Source: Eledone cirrhosa (Eukaryota). Taken from it: a stretch of DNA of 64,000 nucleotides. Under the pieces are notes generated by a model, which saw only the letters and a list, made by a program, of their open reading frames with translations, did no database searches and was not told where the DNA came from. Location of the stretch: NCBI GenBank assembly GCA_964016885.1, contig CAXHJY010000988.1, forward strand, positions 62,001-126,000, read 5' to 3'. Below are positions 11,835 through 24,045 of this stretch, one piece after another (the stretch's first letter is position 1; each line of letters opens with the position of its first letter). A program made the translations under genes and the position numbers.

Positions 11835-11877
11835 CCTTATCAAGCCTTCTTCGGATTTTGGTCTTCATATTTATTAT

Positions 11878-11948
<71 letters not shown>

Positions 11949-11949
<1 letters not shown>

Positions 11950-12342
11950 CATCATCATCATCATCATCATTTTACGTCCGCTTTTCCCTGCTTGCAAGAG
12001 TGGGACGGGTCCTATTCAGCAAAGCATCTCTCCACTTGTCACGATCTTTCGTCATCTCCTCCGTGAGCTTCTGCAATCTAAGGTCTGCTCTCGCCACCTC
12101 CACCCATGTTTTTCGTGGTCTTCCTCTACTGCGTCTTCCTTCTACTGCAATGTCTTGGCACTTCTTTACCTCCATGTGCATCACAAGCTATATATGGCGG
12201 TGCCATACCCAAAGACTGGTGCAGCAGTATTCTCATAAATTGCTACAAAAGTAAAGGGGATGCTCTGGAGAGGAGCAATTACAGGGGCATAAAGCTGATG
12301 GATCAGGTTATGAAAGTGGCAGAGAGAATATTAGCGCAACTG

Positions 12343-12345
<3 letters not shown>
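11949..12345. mobile_element. RTE LINE 3' end (minus) joined to an inverted internal RT fragment (plus)
   Basis: Minus: [20 protein letters not shown] with (GAT)n tail; plus: [31 protein letters not shown]. Confidence 0.8.
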
Positions 12346-12379
<34 letters not shown>

Positions 12380-12984
12380 GAAGTACAAGTCAACTAGTTA
12401 AAATTAACTTCATTTATTCATAGTTATAATAACAGTTATGCAAATGAGCATGTGTATTTAAAATACAGTGGCAATTGAAAATTGAATTAGAAGCTTTTGC
12501 TGTAATTTAACTGCAGTAAATAGTTTAATTAAGATTGCATTGATTGACAAGATACCAGACCTCGTTCGTTTATTGAGGATCTCGTAAAATTGGATCAAGG
12601 AAACAATGTTTCCAATGGTCTTTCATTGCTGATATTATCTACCAGTTGCAACTGCTGCTAGAAAGAGCAATGTAAAATAAAGTCTTTTGCTCAAGGACAT
12701 AACGTTACACGCAGTCTAGGAATACAACTTGCAACCTCATGATTGTGAATCCAATTCCCTAACCACTAAGCCATGTGCCTTCACTAAATAGTCTTATAAA
12801 AAGGCATATAAGCCACAATGACAGAAAAATTAGGCATCAGCACACATAGAAATTGAACCACATGATTTATTGTCTGGATAAGTGTGCTACGCTGACTGTA
12901 ACAACCTGCAAACGCGATTTTCACTGTTAACCCTTTAGCTTTCACATTACACTATATATACTATTATATTTTCATGGTAAATCG

Positions 12985-13130
12985 CTGAGCTGGCCAGCCC
13001 CAGGTGTGAGCCCCGCGAGTTGGAGAGGCTTTTCCAGCGCGTCTCCCTTGCCGTCCTCCGGGGAAACGCCTTCTCCATTCTGCCCGCCGGGGCTGTGGGT
13101 GGGCCCCAACGTGTACCGTTGTAGTTGTTG
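12985..13130 (+). mobile_element. CRE-clade non-LTR retrotransposon C-terminal fragment
   Basis: GC-rich island translating EPRELERLFQRVSLAVLRGNAFSIL (QRxSxAxxRGNA motif); interrupts a piggyBac MITE that starts at 12931. Confidence 0.7.
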
Positions 13131-13254
13131 TAGAAAAAAGAGGAAGACAACAACTGAAAAGTTTGATTTTCTACTTTATCATTTACTTCTGCACACATTC
13201 ATTTGATATCTACTTTACGGTTTTTATTATCTCACATAATATTGAATCTATGAC

Positions 13255-13540
13255 ACAACAGCAACAACAACAACAACAACGACGACGACGACAACAACAA
13301 CAACAGCAACAACAACAACAAAAACAACAACAGCAGCAACAACAACAAGAACAACAACAGCAGCAACAACAACAACAGCAACAACAACAACAACAACAAC
13401 GACAGCAACAACAGCAACAACAACAGCAACAACAGCAGTTGTTGTTGCTGTTGTTGTTGTTGCTGTTGGTGTTGCTGTTGTTGTTGTTGTTGCTGTTGGT
13501 GTTGTTGTTGCGTTTGTTGCTGTTGTTGTTGTTGTTTGCA
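13255..13540. repeat. (CAA/CAG)n abutting its complement (TTG/CTG)n
   Basis: Polarity switch at ~13438. Confidence 0.9.
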
Positions 13541-13569
13541 GCAGTTGATTATCAGAAACGTTACAATGT

Positions 13570-13855
13570 CAAACACAATGGCATGAGGTGTTTTGTCACG
13601 GTTCTCTACATTCTGAGTTGAAGTCCCACCAACGTCGACTTCGCCTGTCATCCTTCTGTTGATAAAATAATTGTTTCTACGTTAGGCACAAGGCCAGCAA
13701 TTACCCAGAGTATTACTGGTACTTTATTTTATCGACCCTGTAAGGATGAAAGGTAAAGTTAACCTCAGCGGGATTTGAACTCAGAATGGCAAGGGCCGTA
13801 ACTCTATGCGTCAAAGCATGGCGTCCGACCCGCTACCGATACTGCCAATCCAATA
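13570..13855 (-). mobile_element. Family A SINE (full copy 13668-13855) plus older partial copy
   Basis: Matches 1040-1225. Confidence 0.8.
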
Positions 13856-13961
13856 AAATAATGTGCCAATCAATGACTAGGATTATTGGTTTCTAATTTA
13901 GGAAGAGAGCCAGTATTTTTAATGAGGTATGGATGGGGTGATTAAATTAACTCCAATACTT

Positions 13962-14250
13962 GTCTAAAAGCCTGTCTCAAGCTCAGAGATTCATCAGGCC
14001 AGTGCTTATCTCGGTTTCAGTGGTGTTAAGCATGAGAGTGTAAGACTCTCCCTGCCCTGGACAGGACACCAGTCCATTGCAGGGTTAAAACCCCATCTAT
14101 TGTTGGTACTCATTTTCAGTTGAGTATACTGGAGCAATGTGAAATGTAGTGTTTTACTCAAGAACACAGCACACAACCCAGTCCAGGAATCGAACTTACG
14201 ACATTATGATCGTAAGTCCAACATGCTTACCACTAAGTCATGTGACTTCA
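13962..14250 (-). mobile_element. tRNA-derived SINE, family C
   Basis: Homologous to 26330-26590, including the 3' end gcttgagacaggcttttagac. Confidence 0.7.
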
Positions 14251-14994
14251 GTACCTGAGCGGTACTTTGTGGATCATAGAAGGATGAAAGGCAAAGATGA
14301 CCCTGGTCAGGTTTGAATTCAAAATGTAAAGAGCTGGAACAAATAATAATCTTGTATAATTATTTAAAATGTTTTACCCAAATTTTTTAGAGAAGAGCCT
14401 CAAATTTCATATAGCTTAGGGCCTCAGCAGGTGAAAATCTGGCCCTTTCCACAGAAGCAATTTTCCTTTTACATCGCCCTAGAGCTAGTTTCAGATCCAT
14501 TTATTTGACTATATACTCCTCTTCTACAAATTTGTGACATTGAACCAGTTTAGAAAATCAATATTAGTGTTATTGATAGCCTGCACACTATGGTTACCCG
14601 GGGAATGAGTGTTGCAGACACAGTGAAATTCTTTTAATCTCCTGTTGAAGCCATTTAAATTTATTTCTATTGCTACTGCACTTGGAAAATGTCTTAACAT
14701 CACACATTTGTCATTCCCTATAAATCTGGGTATTTATTTTATTAAACTCTCAAAGCTAAAAGATTAATGATAGCATTTTGCAGAATTTAAAATTTTGTAT
14801 TTCATATATATCCTATATTTGGTCATCCTGTAGACACAAGATGGCTAAGAAGTTCACTTCATGATCATAAAGCCCCAGATTTGATCCTACTGTGCGCCAT
14901 CTTTGGCAAGTGTCATATATCATAGCTTCAGGTTTACTCCCTTTCTTTTGCTCCTATTTATTTTCTTTCTTCTTCCTTTTCTGTTCCCTTTAGT

Positions 14995-15165
14995 AGTGTC
15001 TTTTGTTTTTGTCGCCATAGAGACCTCAGGTGTACTTGGACCCCGTACTGCCGAGCTCCTCCGCAAGATTGTAACATCAGCAGCCCATCTGAGGAAGGAA
15101 CCTAGCAAGATGGAGTGGTTGTTGCATCAAGTGTCACTGGTCATTATCTGCGTGGTGCAGCCCTA
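14995..15165 (+). mobile_element. CRE-clade restriction-like endonuclease domain fragment
   Basis: FVFVAIETSGVLGPRTAELLRKI..EPSKMEWLLHQVSLVI. Confidence 0.65.
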
Positions 15166-15495
15166 TTACCACCACACCCTAGGCCGGCTCAGAGCCCCTT
15201 AAAACCCTTGCCTTTCCTTTCCTTTTCCATTTCTTTTTTATATTTTCTTATTTTACATTCTATTCTTTCTTCTCAATCTATTTTCTTGTGTATCCGGTTA
15301 CAATGACTGCTCAATTATTTTTATATAATGTCAATGGCCTTTCATGACGTGAGATTGTGTATGTCAAAGCCATGTGAATGAAACTGGGTGGACAGAAACT
15401 GTTTGGAAGACATTCAAATGGACTGTATCTGTAATTAAAAGAGCCAGCTTTGCCACATACTGTATCATGCTGAATTTCCCTGAGAACTACATTAA

Positions 15496-15700
15496 CCCTT
15501 TACCGTTTACATTAGTCTATATATACTATTATATTTTCATGGTAAAGGCTTTATCTCACATAATATTGAATCTATTAGATTTTGATATTTATTTTGAGAA
15601 CAATACCTTAACATCAGTATGAGCAGCCGGTTACAGCCAGTTTAAACAGAAAGAGGTGAGAGAATTCTGGCCAGATATGGCTGGTTTAAATGCTAAAGGG
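15496..15700. mobile_element. piggyBac-type MITE
   Basis: TTAA|CCCTTTA ... TAAAGGG|CTAA; copies at 22550, 23544 and 60068. Confidence 0.75.
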
Positions 15701-16134
15701 CTAAGGGTACATGTGTCTGGGGGAGACTCAATCACGTGTATGTTAAGTTAACAATCATGCTGCTCCACTTATTGATGAAACTGATGATGATCCATTTCAT
15801 CAACATCATTTAATGTCTGTTTTTCCTCCTAGTAAGAGTTGGATGGGTCTTCTTAGACTGAGTTAGTACTCAAGCGAGGCTACTGACCACTCAGATGGAC
15901 TAAGGGCCTGCAATCCGGTTGCATACCATACTGTACTTTACCAAGTGCATTTTATGATGACACCAGCTCTAGGGAAGGCATTATGTACTCACTGTAAATG
16001 AGGTTGGCACTAGGAAGGGAATCCAGCCAAACACAACTGAAGAGTTTTCCTGATCTTTGCTTGGTAATTTTCTAAACCTGGATGCCCTTCCTATCACCAG
16101 TATATAATATACCTTTATTATATATATGCATATC

Positions 16135-16725
16135 TTACTAGGCATAAGAGGAATTAGATGCAATGTGCAGAAGCAGAGATTGCATTGGTTTGGACACGTG
16201 ATGTGTATGAAGGATGACAGGTGTATAAAAAAAGTGCAGAGCGCTCAAAGTCGATGGAAGCCTTGGAGTGGGGAGACCCAGGAAGACTTGGGATGAGGTA
16301 AAAAAAGCTGATCTCGCCAATTTACGCCTCCCAGTACCGAGATCTCTGGCATTATGCAGTAATACAGAAAACCCGAATTCTGATGGGCACAGGCCATAAC
16401 TTAAGCATATATATAGCATGCACCACCATACCTACTCCCATAGATCCCCCATGAGGTCAAGTTGAAGTATACATCCAGTTAAGCCTCCAGCCCACACTGT
16501 AAAGTGGCCGTGTAGGTGTCATGGCAAAAAGCATCCAGTACTCCCTGTAAATGAGGTTGGCACTAGGAAGGGCATCCAGCTGTAGAAACCAAGCCAAAAT
16601 CGATTCTGTATGAGCAAGACATGGTCATCTGATCTGGCATTGCTTACAACAGGACAACTCATCTAACCCATGCTAGCATGGGAAAATTGATGTAAAACGG
16701 TGATGATGATGATGATGATGATGAT
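16135..16725 (+). mobile_element. RTE LINE 3' fragment
   Basis: RLHWFGHV and GVGRPRKTWDEV, 3' UTR and (GAT)n tail. Confidence 0.8.
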
Positions 16726-18042
16726 AGCAATGACTTTTACGCAACTAGGACTGTTTCATTTGTATAAGATTTTCATGCGAATGTTTCCATCTAACAAATT
16801 CCACTAACAAGGTTTTGGTCAATCTGTAGCTTTAATAGAAAATATTTTCACAAAGGAATTGGACTTAGAGCTTTAGCAGATAGGTTCTTTAGAATAATAT
16901 TTTTGGTTGTTCACTGTAGTTCATATAGGGGTAGATATGATCCGAAAGAGATGACGTGTTAAGGCTGCGTATGTAATGTTGGTAGTCCATGTAGACGGAT
17001 AAGGAAGGAAAATGCCGCGAGGTTGATTAACAAAGGATTTATTTTTTTCTTATTATATTACAATAAAATGCTAGATGCCGTTGTGGCATATATCTAGGTA
17101 AGAGGTTTCTGGACCCCTGCCGAGAGGGCTAAAGTCCTTTGGTAAATGTTTCGTCTTGCCAGTTGCTCCAAGGAAGGGATTTACATAATGTCCTGCTTGT
17201 TCGGAGCAGAAGCTGCAACTCTTTTTGAAGTAAAAAAAAAAAGGTGCAAATTTTTCAGTTGGGCGGAAGTTGTTTCTCTGTGTTTCTATGCCGCCGCCTT
17301 AGAGGCGATTTACCAAGCACAACCCAATTGTTCCACCACGGTAAGTAGTGCTTTTGCTTACTACAGAACAGCATGGTTGAGAAACAAACTTCTTAACTAC
17401 ACAGTCATGATGTGATGTAAATTTTTCCTAAATCTTTTCACCAAAATAATAATCAAAATGACACTAAAGATTAAAAGAAATATTTTCTTCATTCTTTTTC
17501 TCAAGTAGATTGAAAACTTTATCATTATATGCAATTATTATCTTATTTTGTGACCATTAAATCTCTCTCAGGATTTACTCTAAAAGCAATGTTTTAGATA
17601 TTCAAAGCAATATTTTAGATACTCAACAAATACTAGATATGAGAATTCCCTTGAGGAATATATTTATTTTATATGTTCAGATTTACATATATTACATGCT
17701 ATTTTTAAATTGGTAGAAATATATCATAATGTCATGATTATTTAAAATCTCTGCCATCTTTATAACTGAATGCATCAATCTTATTCTTTCTGAAAGTAGA
17801 AACGAAGACTTCACAGTAAATAAAACTGGAAAAGACAGATCAGATAGAGCTAAATTATTTTAGTATAAGAACTGATTGACAGCCATCTAAGATTTAGGTA
17901 TAAAAATTGACATGAAAAGAAAAACAAAATAAAGTAAGCAGTAGCATTTAGAATGTTGTCAATGACTGAATTAAGATCTAATAGATTAAAAGAATGAAAT
18001 TTTCTTTTATCCTCATTTATCATCATTATTAGTTTAATGTCT

Positions 18043-18356
18043 AGTTCAAATTCCGCTGAGGTTGACTTTGCCTTTCATCTTTACGGGGTCGATAAAATAA
18101 AGTACCAGTAATGCACTGGGTAATTGCTGGCCTTGTGCCTAAAGTTGAAACAATTATTAGTTTAATGTCTAGTATAATAGGTGGAATTGGCAGTATCGGT
18201 AGAGGGTCGGCCATGCTTTCCGGCATAGTTACGTCCCTTTACGTTCTGAGTTCAAATCCCACCGAGGTTAACTTTACCTTTCCTTACGGGGTCGATAAAA
18301 TAAAGTACCAGTAATGTACTGGGTAATTGCTGGCCTTGTGCCAAAAAGTAGAAACA
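18043..18356 (+). mobile_element. Two tandem family A SINEs with shared 18-bp target duplication
   Basis: attattagtttaatgtct at 18025, 18153 and 18357. Confidence 0.8.
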
Positions 18357-18567
18357 ATTATTAGTTTAATGTCTGCATTTCCATGCTGACATGGGTCATT
18401 AGATTCGTTTTTTTTTCTGCTTTTCTTTGTCACACCTTGTTTTTCTCTCACTTTGTATCACAATAGTTCACTGTAGAGAAGTCCAAACTATCTGAAACTA
18501 CAGCTGATTCTATCACACACAACTGTGTTTAGATTTCTCTAAAAAAAAATGTCCAACATAATTTTAT

Positions 18568-19320
18568 GTTAGAAAGGCAGACTGTATGATGCGTGTATCC
18601 GAACAGCGATGTTGCATGGTAGTGAGACCTGGGCGCTGAAGGTGGAAGACTTACGTAGATTAGAGAGAAACGAAGCCTGCATGCTCCGATGGATGTGTAA
18701 CAGTAATATACGTGAACGACAAAGCATAAAGGAATTGAGAGAGAGACTGAGCATAAGAGGAATCAAATGCTGCGTGCAGGAGAGGCGGTTACGCTGGTAT
18801 GGACATGTGATGCGTATGAAGGATGACAGCTGCATAAAAAGGTGCAGAGCACTAGAAGTTGATGGAAACCGCGGAGTGGGGAGACCCAAGATGACTTGGG
18901 ATGAGGTGATAAAAGCCAACCTTACCCAACTACACCTCTCAAAGTCAATGACACACGACCGTGACTTCTGGCGTCACGCAGTAATACAGGGTACCCGACC
19001 TCCCATGGGTACATGCTGAAGCATATAAACAATATGCCCCCCCCCCCCCCACCGCAAGGTGGTCGTGGAGGTGCCACGGCAAAAAAGCACCCAGCCCACA
19101 CTGTAAAGTGGACGTGTAGGCGCCACGAAAAAGCACCCAGCACTCACTGTAAATGAGGTTGGTGTTAGGAAGGGCATCCAGCTGTAGAAATCAAGCCAGA
19201 TCAGTTCCTGTATGAGCAAGGCATGGTCAGCCGACCAGACACTGCCCACAACAGGACAACCCGTCTAACCCATGCTAGCGTGGAAGAACGGACGTAAAAC
19301 GGTGATGATGATGATGATGA
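18568..19320 (+). mobile_element. RTE LINE 5'-truncated copy
   Basis: MLHGSETW..RRLRWYGHVMR..GRPKMTW..DRDFWR, 3' UTR, (GAT)n. Confidence 0.9.
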
Positions 19321-19855
19321 AACTTTAAGTTATTTTCAAAACCCCAGCCTAATAAAGAGAAAATTAGTTATATGACTAAATCTCTCCAAATATTTGTTAT
19401 ATGCATTTTTATTTGTGTTTATCAGCGGCATTATATTTGTAATGTTATTTATATGTAAATATATTACTTAATAAATAAACATAATATTTTTTATTATTTT
19501 CAAAATGGTTTGAAAATCAGAGATAATATCTTTTATTAGAAATAGGGTGTTAGGAAGGGCATCCAGCTGTAAAATACCTGGCCAAATTTACAGTCCTTGT
19601 CAGAGCAAGGTGCGGCATAGGTAACTGTGGTCAGACTTGCCTCTTGGCGTGAATGACCTGTCTAACTCATGGAAAAATGAATGCTAAACAGTGATGATGT
19701 TTACAAGATGGTATTATCTTACATCAACCTCACCTAGTATCAATCTCTTGCTATAATTTTCTTCACACTCAGTTCACTCCCTTTAATCCCTTTTAATATC
19801 TTTTGCCTCTAGTACCAACCATTTTTCTTATAATATGTAACTAGATCATGTAGCA

Positions 19856-20360
19856 CATAGGTTCTCAAAGTGGGTGCTACTGCCCCCCAGGGCGTATTGA
19901 GAAGGTCCGAGGGGGGGGGGGGGCGTGACCATTTGCTATGGGTTTTAAATAAATATACAGTATATTATCAAATATACTATTCATACATACATGTATACAT
20001 CACTATTTCAGAGCACTGATACTAATTCCTAATTTTTGCTGGACCAGCAACTGCTCTGTTTAAACATCACTGGAATTCTATAAGAATCCAGCTTCTATAC
20101 ATTTCGGTTGAAGCAAAGGAATATGCAATCTTGATAACCGCTAAGGAGCGAGAAACGGGCGTTGGTTGCTTCCCTTTGCTTTTGCTGAGACCAAGTAAGT
20201 GACATAGTCACTACTTTAAAACTCATAGTGAAACTAATTATTTATTATATATAAATTAGCGATTTTATTTATTATATATTATTTACAATTTGCATGTAGG
20301 TAGGTCTCTCTGGAAATAGGGGTGAGGAGGGCAGTGGCTCCAGAAGTTTGAGAACCTCTG
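19856..20360. mobile_element. hAT (Charlie-like) MITE
   Basis: TIRs cataggttctcaaa / tttgagaacctctg; degenerate 8-bp TSD atgtagca/atttatca. Confidence 0.65.
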
Positions 20361-20396
20361 ATTTATCACATGCATTGGATCTATTTTATTCATCCC

Positions 20397-20557
20397 CAGT
20401 GCCGGATTTAGAACAAATGAGGCCCTGTGCAAGTTAATTTATGAGGCCTCTTACTTGGGTCCTGGAGGGGGTAATTGATTATAAAAAACTTTTTTGGCCG
20501 AAAGAATGGCCTCCTCCAGTAAACGGAGCCCTAAACACAATTGTAAATCTGGCACTG
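20397..20557. mobile_element. Small hAT-like MITE
   Basis: TIRs cagtgccggattta / taaatctggcactg. Confidence 0.65.
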
Positions 20558-22519
20558 TACAGCCCCCTTCTATTTATTAAACAACCTCTTGACTTTCTAC
20601 TCATCTTTCACTAATTTATCATTTCACACTTTGAAGATCTGTTGCAAACTTTGTACAGTTAGTTTTCATATCAATAAAGAAACCAACTTTCTATTTAATT
20701 GAGTTCATTAGGGTTCATTTTTGAAGTCATAGATCTGCTAGAAATAGCAGCAAAATCCCCTATCAGCACAGTTGGTAGTTAGAAAAGATACTGTACTCTC
20801 AATAACTCTTACCATTTATATGTAAATAGGCACAGAGGAGATGATGAAGGAACATGAGTGGAAAGATGCTGGGCTGAAAAGGACCTGTCCAACCCATGCA
20901 AGTGTGGAAAAATGGACATAAAAATGATGATGATGATGATGACAATGATGACAATGAGGATGATGATGATGATGATGATGATGATAAAGAAGTTAAACAT
21001 ATTTTTTCAGGTATTAGTGAATATTGCATCCCTGAAAATTCTCCATTATGAAAAATTTAAATTATACTAGCCTTCAAGCCTTCTTTTTCAATGGCAATAT
21101 GATTCTAAACAGGCAGCTTAATCTCATGGAAGATGTTGGTAAAATCCAACACAGTCCACCTTCTGTGCAAAAGGTAGTTATTTATCATTAGTAACAATCA
21201 CAAGAACCAGTTTATATTTGTTTCACTCCAACCTCAATGCCCTAATTAAATTCTCGCACTCAAGCTAGAACTAGGAATACCTGAGACGTTTCATTCCTTG
21301 ATCAAATCATGGCTATAGAAAAAAAAACTTACTGGATTCTTGTCATGTTAAAGAGAAACAAAAGTCATTCTGACGAGCTCAGCTGTATTAAATATTTGTA
21401 AGAATAGGTTTAAACAAATCTTGACAATAAATAGCAGAGATGACACACATTACAATGATGCTACTTTGACTGAATTAAAGAAAATATTTCATGATTTAGA
21501 CTACAGTGATTTCTTCAACTTTGCTTTTCATTGGCCTTTTTCTAGTTTTATTTCTCTAGCCAAAATGTCATTGTCTTTCATAAGATAGCTTTTCAGGTCT
21601 CCCCACGGGGGAGATTGATGTGGCTGATGTTCAACATGACCATATGTGGAAAAACTTGGGCAGGCGAAGGAATCCAACAGGTTACAGTTCTGGGGAAGAA
21701 GGACTTAACAATGTGTTTAGTGTGGTGGTGGTGGTAGGGTCAGATTAGTGAGATATAGTATGAGTGCTGGTAGGAGGGGAGATGTGGGAAGGTAGGAGGA
21801 GATAAGAGCCGTAGGGATATGCTGTTAACCAGTTCATTAAGGAGGTTGTCATGTCTTTGACACAGCTAAAGAGTCCTTTGTCTGACAGGTTTCTCTCACT
21901 AGATGCCCTTCCTATCACCAACCACTTTATAGTTGAATATACCCAACCGAAAAATGTGTTTATCATGAAATGGCTATATACGAAGCTAGGCGGAAAAGTT
22001 CATAGGCTAACTATGAAGGTGTGATGCTAGAGGTGTGAAATCTTGCATGCATTAATTTCAATCCTTCTTATTCATAACCGCATTGCTTCTTTCCATGGAC
22101 TATTTTGAAAAATACTTCTCCAAGACAATGTCACTGGACCGAGATCTTTGGCGCTACTCAGTAATACAGAAGACCCACCTTACCTATGTACAAAGCGAAA
22201 CCTACAGTCAGTAGGCACCTCTTAACCAAATATACACCCCATCCCACTACCCCTACTCCACCCCCAACTCCCACCAACACCACCCCTTTCTCTGTAAAGT
22301 TATGTTGGTACCACAACATCCAGCCCTAAATAAATGAGGTCGTGTAGGTGTCACGACAAAAAACACACAGTCCACGCTGTAATGTGGCCGTGTAGGTAAC
22401 TTTCTTAGATGTTCACTTACTGAAGTAGTTCACTTGGTATTTGAATACTCATATTGGAATAACAAATTATATGGCTTCCTATATCAGAAACTTCAAGAAA
22501 TCAAAACTTGAAATCATAA

Positions 22520-23227
22520 TAGTGGGATACTGAAAAGTTCCTGGGTTCACCCTTTAGCATTCACATTACTTTATATATACTATTATATTTTCATGGTAAA
22601 GGCTTTACCTCACATAATTATCTCACATAACATTTACATTACTTTATATATACTATTATATTTTCATGGTAAAGGCTTTAACTCACATAATTATCTCACA
22701 TAACATTTACATTACTTTATATATACTATTATATTTTCATGGTAAAGGCTTTACCTCACATAATTATCTCACATAACATTTACATTACTTTATATATACT
22801 ATTATATTTTCATGGTAAAGGCTTTAACTCACATAATTATCTCACATAACATTCACATTACTTTATATATACTATTATATTTTCATGGTAAAGGCTTTAA
22901 CTCACATAATTATCTCACATAATATCGAATCTATGAGATTTTGAAAGTATTTATTTTGAGAACAATACCTTAACATCAGTTTGAGTGACCAGTTACAGCC
23001 AGTTTCAACAGAAAGAGGTAGAGAATTCTGGCCGGTTTTGGCCGGTTTGAACATTAAAGGGTTAAGGGTATCACAAAAGTGTAGAGGACAGCTGCAATAA
23101 GTGTGCAAATCTGAGAGAGGAATATGTTAAATAAGATCATAATTAACTGATCCGCTTGTATTTTCTTTTAACTGATCCTCCTGTATTTTCTATTACCCAT
23201 AGCCAGGAACTTTTCAGCACCCTGGTA
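22520..23227. mobile_element. Mariner-type MITE containing a nested piggyBac MITE (22550-23061)
   Basis: ctgaaaagttcctgg / ccaggaacttttcag ends; inner CCCTTTA...TAAAGGG|TTAA. Confidence 0.6.
22563..22922. repeat. 73-bp tandem repeat x5 inside the piggyBac MITE
   Basis: Unit starts 22563, 22636, 22709, 22782, 22855. Confidence 0.9.
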
Positions 23228-23843
23228 TTCAATAATTAGCAGTTTCAATAGATTTTGCATATTTACATTAGGTTTATACTTTTATTAGTGAAGGCGTGTG
23301 GCTGAGTGGTTAGGGAATTGGATTCACAATCTTGAGGTTGTGAGTTTGATTTCTGGACCGGGTGATGCGTTATGTCTTTGAGCAAGACATTTTATTTCAC
23401 ATTGCTCCTTCTACCTGGAGTTGCAACCGATAGATAGTACTAGCAACTGGAAAGACCAACGAAAACATTGTTACTTTGGTCTGATTTGACGAAAATCGAT
23501 TGATACTTTTATTAAATCAGGTAAAAGCTTTCATTTCATTAACCCTTTAGCTTTTAAACTGGCCATATCCGGTCAAAATTCTTTCACCTCTTCCTGTTCA
23601 AACCGGTCATAACTGGCTGCTCATACTTATGTTAAGGTATTGTTCTCAAAATAAATAATATCAACATTTCATAGATGTAAGATAAAGTATTTACTGTGAA
23701 AATATAATAGTAAATATAAAATATTCAAATATTTGTTTTTAGTTATTTACTGAAACTCAATGACCATTTCAGTATAGTTTATTCCATTTGCTATCTCTCA
23801 TCATCATTTAATCTCTATTTTTCCACGTTAGCATAGGTTAGAC

Positions 23844-24045
23844 TAGTGGTTCCCAAAGTGGGTTCCACAAAGGAGTGTCTGGGATTCCCTGAAAAAAGGT
23901 AGAGGAGTATATATATATTACTACCATATAACAGTAGAGAAGTGTATTTATATTACAACCATATAACAGTATTAGACTTGCGGGTTCTCCCAAAAGTTTC
24001 TGAACAAATAAGGGTTCCATATTTGAAAAAGTTTGGGAAAGCCTG
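23844..24045. mobile_element. hAT (Charlie-like) MITE
   Basis: Perfect 8-bp TSD ggttagac; TIRs tagtggttcccaaa / tttgggaaagcctg. Confidence 0.8.

Noticed and set aside
13163-13651. PolyQ/polyL protein
   Set aside because: Pure repeat with SINE sequence downstream and no exon evidence
13970-14000. CUGAUGA in the family C SINE tail (minus strand)
   Set aside because: Followed by GAGAC rather than GAAA, with no stem III or cleavage triplet; not conserved in the 26560 copy
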